Below are positions 50,366 through 61,229 of a DNA stretch of 64,000 nucleotides, one piece after another (positions within the stretch are counted from its first letter, which is position 1; the number at the start of each line of letters is the position of its first letter). The position numbers were made by a program, and so were the translations under genes. Below the pieces are notes generated by a model. It was given only the letters and a program-made list of their open reading frames with translations. It did no database searches and was not told where the DNA came from. Source of the stretch: Nitrospirota bacterium (GTDB taxonomy: Bacteria > Nitrospirota > UBA9217). The DNA lies in the NCBI GenBank assembly GCA_035623825.1, contig DASPSR010000024.1, positions 1 to 64,000 on the forward strand, given 5' to 3'.

Positions 50366-51301
50366 CTACTTCAACTCTTCCTGGAACAGCCAGGTCGAGA
50401 GATATCGCTCGCCCGAGTCGGGAAGGACCGCGACAATGAGCTTGCCGTCGCTCTCCGGCCGCTTCGCAACCTCCAGGGCCGCCCACATCGCGCCGCCAGA
50501 GGAGATGCCACAGAGTATTCCCTCCTCGCGGCAGAGTCGCCGCGCCGTCTCGCCCGAATCTTCTGCGCTCACGAGGATGACCTCGTCGAACAGTTCCTTC
50601 CTGAGGACTTTCGGCACGAATCCCGGGCCCCATCCCTGGATCTTGTGCGGGCCGGGTTTGCCGCCGCTGATCACCGGCGAATCCTTCGGTTCAGCTGCGA
50701 TCACCTTGAGTTCAGGGCGCCGCGGCTTCAGGATCTCGGCGCATCCCGTCACAGTCCCGCCGGTCCCGGTGCCGCAGACCAGTACATCGATCCTCCCGTC
50801 TGTGTCCCTCCAGATCTCCTCGGCCGTCGTTTCTCGGTGGATCGCCGGGTTCGCGGGATTCTCGAACTGCTGCAGCAGGAGATAGCGGCCGTCTGCGGCA
50901 GCCATCTCGCAGGCGCGAGCGATGGCGCCTTTCATCCCTTCGGCTCCCGGCGTGAGCACCAGTTCCGCGCCGAACGCCCGGAGGACCTGGCGCCGCTCCA
51001 TGCTCATCGTCTCCGGCATCGTGAGCGTAAGCCTGTATCCCTTCGCCGCGGCCGCGAAGGCAAGGGCGATACCAGTGTTCCCGCTCGTCGGCTCCAGCAG
51101 GACCGTGTCCGGGCAGATCCGGTGCTCCCACTCGGCCGCCTCGATCATGGAGACGCCGATACGGTCCTTCACTGACGAGCAGGGATTGAAGCTCTCGAGC
51201 TTCGCAACGACTTCCGCCTTAAGTCCCCTCGTCAGTCGGTTGATCCTCACTAGCGGTGTGTTCCCTATTGTCTTCGTGATATCGTCGCGAATCTTCTCCA
51301 T
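50366..51301 (-). CDS. cysK: Cysteine synthase A
   Basis: [57 protein letters not shown]. Confidence 0.95.
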   Translation of the reverse strand: MEKIRDDITKTIGNTPLVRINRLTRGLKAEVVAKLESFNPCSSVKDRIGVSMIEAAEWEHRICPDTVLLEPTSGNTGIALAFAAAAKGYRLTLTMPETMSMERRQVLRAFGAELVLTPGAEGMKGAIARACEMAAADGRYLLLQQFENPANPAIHRETTAEEIWRDTDGRIDVLVCGTGTGGTVTGCAEILKPRRPELKVIAAEPKDSPVISGGKPGPHKIQGWGPGFVPKVLRKELFDEVILVSAEDSGETARRLCREEGILCGISSGGAMWAALEVAKRPESDGKLIVAVLPDSGERYLSTWLFQEELK

Positions 51302-51313
51302 GTTTAACCATCC

Positions 51314-51700
51314 TTATTGAACAATCGTTTGCATTTCGTCTGCCGATACGATGTCGACGAGGCAACAGGCGGAGCAGATCAGTTCGTCGAAAACAGGAGG
51401 GGCCACGATCAGGTCGATCTGCGCGTTGGTTGCATATGTCAGGATGTCACGGTGATCGGTGATGGACATGAACACCGCGCTGGCCGGGATGCCGCAGCCG
51501 TGGTCATGCACCGAAGCGCGGACCAGATCAAAACATCGCAGCGAGTCCTGCAGCGCCTTTTCAGACCTGACCTCCTGTCGTTTATGCACGTGCGCGATGG
51601 TCAGCTTTCCATGTGTATCAAGGGCCCTTCCTATCCCATAGGTGAGCGCCGACTGCGAATCTTGCGAACCATCACTGACGACCAAGATATTCATATCCAA
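51314..51700 (-). CDS. Universal-stress-protein-like protein
   Basis: ILVVSDGSQDSQSAL...LTIAHV...IDLIV pattern. Confidence 0.6.
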   Translation of the reverse strand: MDMNILVVSDGSQDSQSALTYGIGRALDTHGKLTIAHVHKRQEVRSEKALQDSLRCFDLVRASVHDHGCGIPASAVFMSITDHRDILTYATNAQIDLIVAPPVFDELICSACCLVDIVSADEMQTIVQ

Positions 51701-51734
51701 CTCCTTACCGTCGATTCTCGCTGCCAGTGGACCG

Positions 51735-52880
51735 TCATCGCTTTTCCACCAGTACCCGGAAATGGCCGTTCTCCGGGTCGACTTTCAAGACCTTGTGCCC
51801 TTCGTCTTTCAGGCTCCTGGTGACGTTTACGATCGGCTCGCCGTCGTCGAGCAGGATATCAAGCCGTTCACCTGTCTTGATCTTCTCTATGGCAAGCTTT
51901 GCCCGCACAAAATTCATAGGGCAGCAGATGCCGAGGAGGTCAAGGAGTATGCCGCTCCCTTCGATGGATGGCTGCGGTGCAGGTTCCGCAGCAGCCGTAT
52001 CTTTCGCTTCCCCGAAAATTTCGGCAAATGCCTTTTCCACGCCGATGCGGTCTAAGGTGTGGCCAAAACGCTCCTTCTTGTTGCCGTGGTTAAGGTAGAA
52101 GCAAAACACGCTCTCGACATCGCGGAGCAGTTCTTCCTTCGTCTCGATCAGCGCCTTTGCACGGGTGCCAAGACGCGGACGCTTGCCCAGTGTTCCTCCG
52201 AGGAAAAGCGTATAGCCGGTTTTACGGGCGGTCCAAGCCGCGGTCGGGCAGTTCCTGATGCAGAGACCACAGTAAATGCATTTCTCCGCATCGAGGACGC
52301 ACGCGTCATCCCGTTCATCGATGGCCTTGACCGGGCAGATGCTGACGCAGAGCCTGCAGGAAATGCATGTTTCCTTGTCCCATCCGGGCAGAACGCCGCC
52401 CATCACGCCCACATCGTTCTCTATGGGCTTTGAGCAGCTGTTCGGGCAGCCAGAGACGCCGATCTTGAACTTGTGCGGCGCCTGTTGACGGAAGTAGCGG
52501 CTGTCCAGCTCCGCGGCCAGCGCCTTGGTCTCGATGATTGCCGATGTGCAGACCGCCGTACCCGGACACGCAACGATTCCTCGGCCCCGGGGGCCGCACA
52601 CGCCGAGTATGATGCCTCCCTGTTCGAGCTCATCCCGCGCCGCTTCGAGATTCTCAACGCGCACATGGGGGATCTCCACGGCCTGGCGTGTGGTGAGATG
52701 CACTTCGCCGTGGCCGTATTTACGGGCAACCTGCGCGATAACGTTCAAGTCGTCGGTGGTCAGGTCGCCACCCACAGTCCTCAGTCGGATGAGGAAAGTG
52801 TCCTTCTGGTTCTGCGCGATGATGCCGATGCGCTTAAGCCCATCGATATCAACTTTTTGATCGGTTGCCAGTTCGCCCAT
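51735..52880 (-). CDS. Sirohaem sulfite-reductase-like protein with a 2x[4Fe-4S] ferredoxin insert, fused to a C-terminal TusA/SirA sulfur-carrier domain
   Basis: HLTTRQ, ACPGTAVC, KIGVSGCPNSC, CISCRLCVSICP/CIYCGLCIRNCP, KERF; C-terminal LDLLGICCPMNFVRAK...LLDDGEP..NV. Start ATG 52880 follows GAGGTG; the ORF-track start lies upstream of the promoter. Confidence 0.85.
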   Translation of the reverse strand: MGELATDQKVDIDGLKRIGIIAQNQKDTFLIRLRTVGGDLTTDDLNVIAQVARKYGHGEVHLTTRQAVEIPHVRVENLEAARDELEQGGIILGVCGPRGRGIVACPGTAVCTSAIIETKALAAELDSRYFRQQAPHKFKIGVSGCPNSCSKPIENDVGVMGGVLPGWDKETCISCRLCVSICPVKAIDERDDACVLDAEKCIYCGLCIRNCPTAAWTARKTGYTLFLGGTLGKRPRLGTRAKALIETKEELLRDVESVFCFYLNHGNKKERFGHTLDRIGVEKAFAEIFGEAKDTAAAEPAPQPSIEGSGILLDLLGICCPMNFVRAKLAIEKIKTGERLDILLDDGEPIVNVTRSLKDEGHKVLKVDPENGHFRVLVEKR

Positions 52881-52988
52881 TTTGTTCACCTCGCTGGTTG
52901 CAGCAAAGATAGTAGCGGATGCTAGCTTTGCAGTTTTAAAAAGAAACCCTGTTCTGCACTGCAGCATCTCTGTACCGTCACTCATATA

Positions 52989-53005
52989 GGCAACCAGCAT
53001 GCCAA
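52989..53005 (-). promoter_or_regulatory. sigma54 promoter of the cys/met operon
   Basis: Minus strand TTGGCATGCTGGTTGCC = GG-N10-GC. Confidence 0.75.
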
Positions 53006-53102
53006 ATGAGTATTCGTTAATAAACAATCAGTTATTTATTGACATCTATCCGCAATTGGTTTATTAATATACAACGAGTTAAATAATTATACAGAGGTCA
53101 TT

Positions 53103-54464
53103 ATGCAGAACATCCTCCTGTTGACGCGCGACGATTCGCTTGAAAAAGGACTCCAGCCGATGCTTCCCAAAGGTCACCGGCTTGTTTCCAGAGGTAAGGT
53201 GGCGGCTCCTGCCGGCGGCTTGCCCATCGTGATCATCGACATCGACAGCATTGACGTGGGCCGCATACGCGATTATGCGGGAAAAAGTATCGTTCTTGCC
53301 GTAACGAAGCAGGAGCGGAGCGGCCCCGTAATGGAAGCCGCGACCTACGGTGCCTACGAAATTATGAGGTTGCCGCTCAGCAAGGAGCGAATCGAGCGGT
53401 TCCTTGCCAAGCTCGCGGCTCTTCGCCGTGAACTGATGGATATCGTTGCCATCGACAAGGATATCCTGGCTCCCGCCGCCACGTGCGTCATTGTGGGACG
53501 ATCAACACTGGTTATGAGCCTCTGTGAGAAGGTGGCCCGCATAGCCCAGGTCGAGGTGCCCGTGCTGATTACAGGCGAGACGGGGACCGGGAAGGAACTT
53601 GTGGCCGAGGCCATAGCTCAGCTCTCCTCGCGTTTCGGCAAGCCGTTCGTCGTAATCAACTCCGCGGCAATGCCCGAAGCACTGCTCGAATCAGAGCTCT
53701 TTGGGTACGAACGAGGCGCTTTTACCGGTGCAGTCGCAGCAAAGGAAGGCATGCTCAAGACGGCGGATGGCGGGTGCGTGTTCTTCGACGAGGTGGGCGA
53801 GCTGCCGATTGCGCTCCAGGGAAAGCTACTGAGATTCCTTCAGACCCAGACGTTCTATCCGGTGGGGAGCACGAAAGAGATACAGGTGAATGTGCGCATC
53901 ATCTCGGCCACGAATAGGGACCTGGCGGCCATGGTGCGGGAGGGCCGATTTCGTGAAGACCTGTACCACCGGTTGCGCGTCGCCACAGTCCACGCTCCGC
54001 CGCTCCGAGAGCGAAAGAAAGACATAATGCCGCTGGTTCAATGCCTGTTCTACCGCCATTCTCACACCGCGCAAAAGCTGATCAAGGGCGTGACCAAAGC
54101 GTTCATGGACCGGCTGCTTGCCTATGACTGGCCGGGAAACATCCGGGAACTCGAGAACACACTACGTTCGGCGATCGCACTATGCAAAACCGATTACCTG
54201 ACGATCCATGATCTGAGCGATCTCGGGTCGCAAGCCCTGACCGCGACGCGGGAAAACCCGGCCCAAACCGTTGCTTCCGGGGTAACACCCTTTGTGAAAG
54301 GCTTACTTGATAGGAAAGAGCGGGGCATTTACGAAAAAGTTCACACCGCGGTGGATCGACACCTGCTGGAATATGTCTTGTCCGTTGCGGGGGAGAATCA
54401 GTCCGAGGCCGCGCGACTGCTCGGTATCAGCAGGCTGACGCTACGGAAAAAACTGGCGATATAA
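53103..54464 (+). CDS. sigma54-dependent enhancer-binding protein with a degenerate receiver domain
   Basis: GETGTGKE, ESELFGYERGAFTGA, FREDLYHRL, WPGNIRELEN, NQSEAARLLGISR; divergent from the cys/met operon. Confidence 0.95.
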   Translation: MQNILLLTRDDSLEKGLQPMLPKGHRLVSRGKVAAPAGGLPIVIIDIDSIDVGRIRDYAGKSIVLAVTKQERSGPVMEAATYGAYEIMRLPLSKERIERFLAKLAALRRELMDIVAIDKDILAPAATCVIVGRSTLVMSLCEKVARIAQVEVPVLITGETGTGKELVAEAIAQLSSRFGKPFVVINSAAMPEALLESELFGYERGAFTGAVAAKEGMLKTADGGCVFFDEVGELPIALQGKLLRFLQTQTFYPVGSTKEIQVNVRIISATNRDLAAMVREGRFREDLYHRLRVATVHAPPLRERKKDIMPLVQCLFYRHSHTAQKLIKGVTKAFMDRLLAYDWPGNIRELENTLRSAIALCKTDYLTIHDLSDLGSQALTATRENPAQTVASGVTPFVKGLLDRKERGIYEKVHTAVDRHLLEYVLSVAGENQSEAARLLGISRLTLRKKLAI

Positions 54465-54491
54465 AGCAGGCAGGATAGAAAGGAGTTACCT

Positions 54492-54815
54492 ATGTCAGAC
54501 AGTGATGTAAAGAAGGCTACAGATGCTCTAAAAACATTGGCGCCGGATTATGTGCAACTTACCCAAGACGTTCTTTTCGGTGATGTCTGGAAGCGTCCGC
54601 CGCTCTCGCAGCGCGACAAGAGCTTGATCACGGTAACCTGCCTGGTCGCGCTGAATCGTATCGAACAGGTCGAGTTCCATCTCAAAAAGGCCTTCGAGAA
54701 TGGACTGACGAAGGAAGAACTGGTGGCTGCGATCACGCATATTGCGTTCTACGCAGGGTGGCCGACTGCAGCGTCCGGCTTAAATCATTTGAAGAACGTA
54801 CTTGAGAAAAAATGA
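54492..54815 (+). CDS. Carboxymuconolactone decarboxylase family protein
   Basis: VLFGDVWKRPPLSQRDKSLITV, H...A..NGLT, HIAFYAGWP. Confidence 0.9.
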   Translation: MSDSDVKKATDALKTLAPDYVQLTQDVLFGDVWKRPPLSQRDKSLITVTCLVALNRIEQVEFHLKKAFENGLTKEELVAAITHIAFYAGWPTAASGLNHLKNVLEKK

Positions 54816-54834
54816 TTTTGATGAGGATCCTATC

Positions 54835-55347
54835 ATGAATTTAACGAAGGGGAAATGCCTGATAGCTTATTTCACCCGGAAGGGTCAAAACTATGTCAGC
54901 GGGCGGATTGTCGATCTTAAAGTCGGCAATACCGAAGTTGTCTCGGGCGGCGACATGTTTCACATTGAGACTGTTGCTGCCTGCCCCAAGGATTATACGG
55001 AAACTACGGAAGTTGCCAAGAATGAGCTGCGTGCCAAAGCCAGGCCGAAGCTGACCGGACGAGTCGAAAACATGGGGGCATATGATGTGATCTTCTTAGG
55101 ATATCCGAATTGGTGGGGAACGCCGCCCATGGCCGTGTTCACCTTCCTGGAGAGCTATGATTTTTCCGGAAAGGCAATTGTTCCCTTCTGTACCCATGAA
55201 GGCAGTGGCATGGGCCATAGCGAAAAGGATATTGCCGAAGCATGCCCCAAAGCTACCATTTTGCATGGACTTGCCATATATGGAAGCCACGCAAGTTCCG
55301 CGGAATCAGAAGTGTCAAGTTGGATCGATAAAATAGATATTCGCTAA
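54835..55347 (+). CDS. Flavodoxin (possibly with an internal deletion)
   Basis: IAYFTR, GNTEVV, LGYPNWWG, PFCTHEGSG. Confidence 0.85.
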   Translation: MNLTKGKCLIAYFTRKGQNYVSGRIVDLKVGNTEVVSGGDMFHIETVAACPKDYTETTEVAKNELRAKARPKLTGRVENMGAYDVIFLGYPNWWGTPPMAVFTFLESYDFSGKAIVPFCTHEGSGMGHSEKDIAEACPKATILHGLAIYGSHASSAESEVSSWIDKIDIR

Positions 55348-55369
55348 TCAGGGAGAAGGGAGATAAATC

Positions 55370-56386
55370 ATGAAAGGCACTGTTCTCTACGGTCCGCGCG
55401 ATGTGCGTTTTGAGGAGCGCGCCGACCCGAAAATCCTCAAACCGACGGATGCTATCATCAGTATCTCGGCCACCTGTGTGTGCGGGTCCGACCTGTGGCC
55501 CTACCGTGGTATCCAGTCGACCACCGGGCCTACCGCAATGGGGCACGAGTATTGCGGAATTGTCGAGGAGGTAGGGAGCGCAGTCACATCCGTCAAGCGA
55601 GGCCAGTTCGTCATCGGATCATTCTTCAGCTCCGACAATACCTGTCCCACATGCCAGATCGGCTACCAGTCATCCTGCCAAGACCGGGAACTCGTTCTCG
55701 GAGCCCAAGCGCCTTTTCTGCGCGTCCCAAACGCGAACGGTACCCTTGTGCCTACCCGTGCGATTCCTTCAGCTGACATGATCCCGAGCCTTTTGGCGCT
55801 CTCGGATGTCATGGGCACCGGCTGGTTCGCCGCCATCGCGGCCGACGTGAAGCCCGGCAAGACAGTCGCGATCGTCGGTGACGGCGCGGTCGGGCTCCTC
55901 GGCGTGCTCTCCGCAAAGCAGATGGGCGCCGGCAGGATCATCGCGATGAGCCGTCACGAGGCTCGGCAGAGGCTCGCCCGCGCATTCGGCGCGACCGATA
56001 TCGTGACCGAGCGCGGCGACGAAGGCGTGGCCCGCATCAAGGAAATGACCAAGGGGATCGGCGCCGACTCAGTGCTGGAATGCGTCGGCACCCAGGAGTC
56101 GATGATGCAGGCGATCCGTTCCACGCGTCCTGGCGGATACATCGGCTACGTCGGAGTCCCGCACGGGGTAGAGCTCAACGGCCAGCAGCTGTTCTTCGCT
56201 CATGTCCATCTCCACGGCGGCCCCGCTCCGGTTCGCCGTTTTCTGCCCGAGCTAATCGACTTGGTATGGAACGGGAAAATCAATCCCGGCAAGGTCTTCG
56301 ACCTGGCTCTGCCCTTGAACCAGGTGGCGGAGGGCTACCGCGCCATGGATGAGCGCCGAGCCATTAAGACGCTGCTGCGGCCGTGA
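55370..56386 (+). CDS. Zinc-dependent alcohol dehydrogenase family protein
   Basis: CVCGSDL, GHEYCG, CPTCQIGYQSSC, LSDVMGTG, GDGAVG. Confidence 0.9.
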   Translation: MKGTVLYGPRDVRFEERADPKILKPTDAIISISATCVCGSDLWPYRGIQSTTGPTAMGHEYCGIVEEVGSAVTSVKRGQFVIGSFFSSDNTCPTCQIGYQSSCQDRELVLGAQAPFLRVPNANGTLVPTRAIPSADMIPSLLALSDVMGTGWFAAIAADVKPGKTVAIVGDGAVGLLGVLSAKQMGAGRIIAMSRHEARQRLARAFGATDIVTERGDEGVARIKEMTKGIGADSVLECVGTQESMMQAIRSTRPGGYIGYVGVPHGVELNGQQLFFAHVHLHGGPAPVRRFLPELIDLVWNGKINPGKVFDLALPLNQVAEGYRAMDERRAIKTLLRP

Positions 56387-56743
56387 ATAATGCGGCTCTT
56401 GGTATCGTCGTTGTTCATCTGATGTCTTCGCGGAACTGAGGAGATTTGGTTCGCGTGAGTCCGTGAGAAAAAGATCGCGCAGCGACCACAGAGATAATGT
56501 CGTATTTTGACATGAAAGATGCACTTCTCAGAAGAGACAAGATTTGCGGTTTACGGGATGTAATGCACGCTGAAGGATGCAACTATAAAATAAGCGATTG
56601 GCAACGGCTTTGAGCTTACTTATAACAACAAATGAAATAATCTTCTTTTTTAATTCTGTCTATAGTGCAGGTACCTACATTTTTGTACAGGGGCAGAATG
56701 CTACGACAGTCTACGGCAGCCAGCGCCCAGAAAAAATAACCGG

Positions 56744-56771
56744 ATGCCAGCTCTCTTTCGAAAGCTGGCAT
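56744..56771 (-). terminator. Hairpin terminator after the split lipoprotein
   Basis: ATGCCAGCT...AGCTGGCAT inverted repeat with a T tract nearby on the minus strand. Confidence 0.5.
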
Positions 56772-56788
56772 ATATAATTTTTTTCTTC

Positions 56789-57876
56789 TCAGAGTGTTAT
56801 CCCGGCAACAATCGCGTCATTTATCTCGCTATCTGTTTCTGTGTATTCATAGCCATCTACTTCTGTCCAACCGCCATTAGTATTCTGAGTACTGATTAAA
56901 TATCCAATTGCTTTTTCAGCGGCAATTTGGTTGCCAGCTTTTACCAGAGCCGTGACAGCATACGCCGTAGTCTGATCATTGTCTGCATTTCCTGTAAAAT
57001 AACCATCTTGTTGTTGATCTGTCAGCAGATTGGTGATTAAGGAAGTACTCTCAGTTGTATACGTTGCTGTCGTCACGAATGCCTCAAGTGCTCCACTGAC
57101 AGCCAGCCAATAGTCATTCGTTGGTGTTCCTGTGGGTTTGCTGCTGATATCGAACACAAGGGTTACGGCGGGAGGTACTGAAACATAAAGCGCTGTGTAT
57201 ATTACTCCTGCCATTGCCGCGGCATCTGCATCAAATCCCTGTCCCGGAAAATATCTGTTGAGCGCCAGGGCACCTTGAACATACAGATTAATATCCCACG
57301 CAACAATATCGGGAAGACCTTGACCTACTCTCACACCTTGAACATATGTGGCAAGAAACCTTTTGCGTTGCCTCCACCGAACTCCGCCAAAGCTGACTCA
57401 TATCTGGTCTTGGCAAAGTTTGCGTATGCCGCAATTCCTGTCACTTCTGAAAGTTCGACGAGGAATGTTATGTCAGTTCCTCTTATTCTGTGGATGCTTG
57501 GATTTGCGTTTGTTGAATTTATTACCATTAGCCCATACGCATTTACACACGTATTAAGATATTGGGCCTGCGGACTAATTTTGTACGCATCCAAAACTCC
57601 TTGTGCCGTTACACCGAGCGTATTATACGGACTTGGAAGAGCAGGGGTTACCGGACTGTCAGGCGTAATCTGCCAATTCCATCCCCCGTCGCTATTTTGT
57701 GTATTGACTAAATGATTTGCAGCTTTGAGTATTTCGCTCGCATACACAGGTGGATTTGATCCATTTGTACCATTGGTGCCGTTCGTTCCGGCTGCTCCGT
57801 TTGTACCATCGTTCCCTGTACATCCTGTTAGAGCAATAAGCATCAGCAAGCCTGCTACGAGAATAAACCTCTTCAT
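56789..57876 (-). pseudogene. Frameshifted lipoprotein with a collagen-like (GTN)n linker and prenyltransferase/squalene-cyclase QW-type alpha-barrel repeats
   Basis: Lipobox LTGC; GNDGTNGAAGTNGTNGTNG; QNSDGGW, QQQDGYF, QNTNGGW. The two ORFs (57331-57876 and 56789-57334) join as ...NAKG(F/L)ATYVQGVRVGQG by a frameshift near 57355. Confidence 0.75.
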
Positions 57877-58065
57877 TTAACTTCCTCCACACTTAACAAG
57901 ATAAGGGTTCTTCGTACAAAAGTTTAAAAAGGCGAGATCCAAGATCGGACTGGACTCCCACTTGAGTCGTAATGACGAAAAAACAAGCAGCAATTTGTTT
58001 TCATGACACTGGTCTGTATAAGAACTGATAAATCAGAAATACTCTGCCCGGGATTAAAGTACGGC

Positions 58066-60774
58066 CTACCGGTGATGCTCACCCTTGAAGAAAATGCGAG
58101 CATCAACGACGGAGCTTCCCTTTCCCGCATCGAAGACCATAACCGGATTTATCTCCAACTCCGCGATTTCGGCGAAATCGTCAACGAGCGCCGAGAAACG
58201 GAGAAGTACTTCCTTGAGCGAATCCATGTCCTTCGGCGTGCTTCCCCGCCATCCCGTCAGCAGCGGCAGGCCTTTGAGCTGGGATAGCAGGTAATCGGGG
58301 TCTCTGTCAAGGAGAGGGTGGAGCGAGAATGCCACGTCCTTGATCAGCTCGACCTGCACTCCGCCGATGCCGACCATGAGAAGCGGTCCGAAGACCGGGT
58401 CCTGAGACATCCCGACGATGACCTCCTGGCCGCCCTTCATCATCGGCTGGATGATGACTCCCTCCATGGCGTCCGCGCACCCGGCGAGATTCAGCCGCTC
58501 CCGCATCCCGATAAACGCATTCATCACATCCGCATCGTTCTGGAGGCCCAGTGCGATGCCGCCAACGTCCGTCTTGTGCGTGATTGACATCGAGCGCAGC
58601 TTCATTGCGACTGGGTAGCCGGTCTCCCGGGCAGCCTGTACGGCTTCATCGGGAGTGAATGCCGCCCTTGTCGCTGCGACAGGGATCCCGTATCTTTGGA
58701 GCAGCCCCATGGCGACCTCGGGTGCAAGCCAGCCACCTTTCTCGGAGTACGCCCCATGAGACCTGAGGAAACGTCTAGCCTCCTCTTCATCGATATCAGC
58801 AAACTCTCTGAGATGCCCCTCTTCGCGCTGCCTGTAGCAGGCATAGGGCCAGGAAAGCGCCAAAGACTTTATAGCGGCCTCCGGGAACATGTAGACCGGG
58901 AGGACCCGGCCGGAACCGTAATGCAGGTCGACTTCTGAAGCGCCGGACATCATAAAACAGGCTAGTACAGGTTTCTTACCCGTGTAGCCGGCCATGGCCT
59001 TCCTGATAGCAGACGCTACCTCCTCCGGTTCTCGGAGCGGAATATTGATAACGAGTACGGCGTCCAGGGCCGGGTCACCCAGCATCACGCCGAGCGCCTC
59101 TTCGAACTGCGAGCCGGTGGCCGAGGCTATGATGTCGACGGGATTCGCGAGGGCGGCCTCCTTCGGCAGGAACGAGGCAAGCTTCTTCTGCGTCTCCTCG
59201 GAGAGAGTTGGAACGGACAGTCCCCAATTGACGGCAGCATCGACAGCAAGAACCCCCGGACCTCCCGCGTTCGTCAGGATCCCGATGTTCCGTCCCGAAA
59301 GCAGTGGCTGCCCCGCCAGCAGCTTCGAGACGTCGAACATCTCTTCGATGGTATCCACCCTGATCACGCCCGCCTGCCTGAAAAGCGCGTCCACGGCATC
59401 GTCCGAGGCAGCGAGCGCGCCGGTATGGGAACTGGCAGCCCTGCCACCCACATCGCTCCTGCCCGCCTTAACGGCGACGATCGGCTTCTTGCGAGAAATA
59501 CGGCGGGTGATTCGGCTGAAGCGCCGAGTATTGCCGAAGGTCTCGAGATACAGCAGGATGACCGAGGTATTCTCATCATCCTCCCAGAACTCGAGCAGAT
59601 CATTGGAAGAGACATCCATCCGGTTGCCGATGCTCGCGAAGTGCGCGATACCAAGATTGTTGCTCTTGACGTAATCGAGCAGGGCAAGGCCGAGCGCTCC
59701 GCTATGAGAGCCGATGCTCAGATTGCCCCGTGGGGGCCAGGTGTTCGCGAAGGTCGCGTTCAGGTTCACCCTCGGGTCCGTGTTCATGATGCCCAGGCAG
59801 TTGGGTCCGACGCACCGCATGCCGTAGGAGAGGACCTTTTCTCGGAGAAGCCGCTGACGCTCCCTCCCCTCGGAACCGCTCTCGCCGAACCCCGCCGAGA
59901 TGACCACGATGCTCCAGACCCCTTTTCGGCCGCAGGCATCGACGATATCCAGGACCATCGGCGCGGGTACGACAATGACTGCAAGGTCAACATCTCCGGG
60001 GATATCGGACACCGAGGCGTAGCAGAGGACGCCGTTTACCGCGGACGCCTTCGGGTTTACTGGGAAGACAGCGCCCCCGAAATCGTTATACAGCAGGTTC
60101 CGGAACACTTTTCCACCAACGCTACTGGGATTGCGTGATGCGCCTACGACGGCGATGGTCTTAGGATACAGCATCCTCTGCATACCGAGCGAGCGGGAGA
60201 TGTGCTCGCGCAGGGCCTGCCGCTTGGAAAATTCCTCCTGGTGCTCGAGGTCGAAGGTTATCTCGACATAGCCCTCGTGCATCCGCTTGGTGATATTGAA
60301 CCCGCTCTCCTCAAAGACGCGCAGCATTCGCGTATTATCGGGAAGGACGTTGGCGATCAATTTCTTGATCCGGTATGTAAGCGCCTTCTCGGCGAGCTTC
60401 TCGAGAAGTGCTGTGCCGATGCCCCTCGCCTGGACGTTGTCTTCGACGACAAAAGCAATCTCAGCCATGCTTTGGTCCGGCGACAGGAACCACCGTGCCA
60501 CGGCCCTGATCAGCTCCTCATCGCCTTCTCCTGTAAGCCCTAGATAGGCATAGCTTTCGGGCGGATGCACATCGGTAAAGTAATCAAGTTCCTTGTCGCT
60601 GATCTTCTCCTTCATGTGCCCGAACCGGAAATATCGGGTCTGCGGGCTCAGCCGATAAAAGAAATCCTGGAGCTTATCCTTGTCGTCCCGGCCAATGGGA
60701 CGGACCTTGAAGGTATGTCCGTCTCTCAGGATGATCCGTATAGCTTCAGCCATTTCCAGCGATTGAACAGCCAT
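58066..60774 (-). CDS. GNAT + NDP-forming acyl-CoA synthetase fusion (Pat-type protein lysine acetyltransferase)
   Basis: N-terminal GNAT (LRDG, RYFRF, QARGIGT), CoA-binding domain (AVVGAS, GPNCLG, SHTGALA, NAGGPG) and C-terminal ATP-grasp (HKTDVGG, DPVFGP, LEINP). Confidence 0.9.
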   Translation of the reverse strand: MAVQSLEMAEAIRIILRDGHTFKVRPIGRDDKDKLQDFFYRLSPQTRYFRFGHMKEKISDKELDYFTDVHPPESYAYLGLTGEGDEELIRAVARWFLSPDQSMAEIAFVVEDNVQARGIGTALLEKLAEKALTYRIKKLIANVLPDNTRMLRVFEESGFNITKRMHEGYVEITFDLEHQEEFSKRQALREHISRSLGMQRMLYPKTIAVVGASRNPSSVGGKVFRNLLYNDFGGAVFPVNPKASAVNGVLCYASVSDIPGDVDLAVIVVPAPMVLDIVDACGRKGVWSIVVISAGFGESGSEGRERQRLLREKVLSYGMRCVGPNCLGIMNTDPRVNLNATFANTWPPRGNLSIGSHSGALGLALLDYVKSNNLGIAHFASIGNRMDVSSNDLLEFWEDDENTSVILLYLETFGNTRRFSRITRRISRKKPIVAVKAGRSDVGGRAASSHTGALAASDDAVDALFRQAGVIRVDTIEEMFDVSKLLAGQPLLSGRNIGILTNAGGPGVLAVDAAVNWGLSVPTLSEETQKKLASFLPKEAALANPVDIIASATGSQFEEALGVMLGDPALDAVLVINIPLREPEEVASAIRKAMAGYTGKKPVLACFMMSGASEVDLHYGSGRVLPVYMFPEAAIKSLALSWPYACYRQREEGHLREFADIDEEEARRFLRSHGAYSEKGGWLAPEVAMGLLQRYGIPVAATRAAFTPDEAVQAARETGYPVAMKLRSMSITHKTDVGGIALGLQNDADVMNAFIGMRERLNLAGCADAMEGVIIQPMMKGGQEVIVGMSQDPVFGPLLMVGIGGVQVELIKDVAFSLHPLLDRDPDYLLSQLKGLPLLTGWRGSTPKDMDSLKEVLLRFSALVDDFAEIAELEINPVMVFDAGKGSSVVDARIFFKGEHHR

Positions 60775-60969
60775 TTCATCACCTCATGGGACCTTCTTCC
60801 CGAGGGCCCGGTTCGTAAATTTGCAGTTCTTATCCTTCGTATGCGGATTCTTCAACAGCAAATTGCTTTTGCATTAGGCGCTTCTCTCCGCGATCCCTGC
60901 ACCGCAATTACTGTAGGAGGAAGTTATTCTTATGCCAATCAATAAATTTCTGAAAACTTGTTAATATTC

Positions 60970-60996
60970 TTATCGGAGTCTTATAATCTAACTTTA
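60970..60996 (-). promoter_or_regulatory. sigma28 (FliA) promoter upstream of the GNAT-ACS gene
   Basis: Minus strand TAAA-N15-TCCGATAA. Confidence 0.7.
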
Positions 60997-61229
60997 AGGA
61001 AATAATCGAGGTTTTAAGAAGTTATATATGGGTAGACAACTCTGACAGTTACGGGATTAAATATTAAATTGCCAATACCGGCAACTGTTGCGCAGTTCAG
61101 GATGAAAAGTGCGCCGCAAATTATGCCCAAAAATCATTAATTTTCAATCTCAAGATTATTAGATCAATGTCAATTCGACTAAAGTATACACGTCACAATT
61201 CAGCACGATTTGCGCTACTAACGTCTCAT

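Noticed and set aside
52881-53027. N-terminal extension of the sulfite reductase
   Set aside because: It spans the sigma54 promoter; a good RBS precedes ATG 52880.
57951-57977. REP-like element TGGACTCCCACTTGAGTCGTAATGACG
   Set aside because: A single degenerate half copy; it cannot be supported as a repeat within this window.
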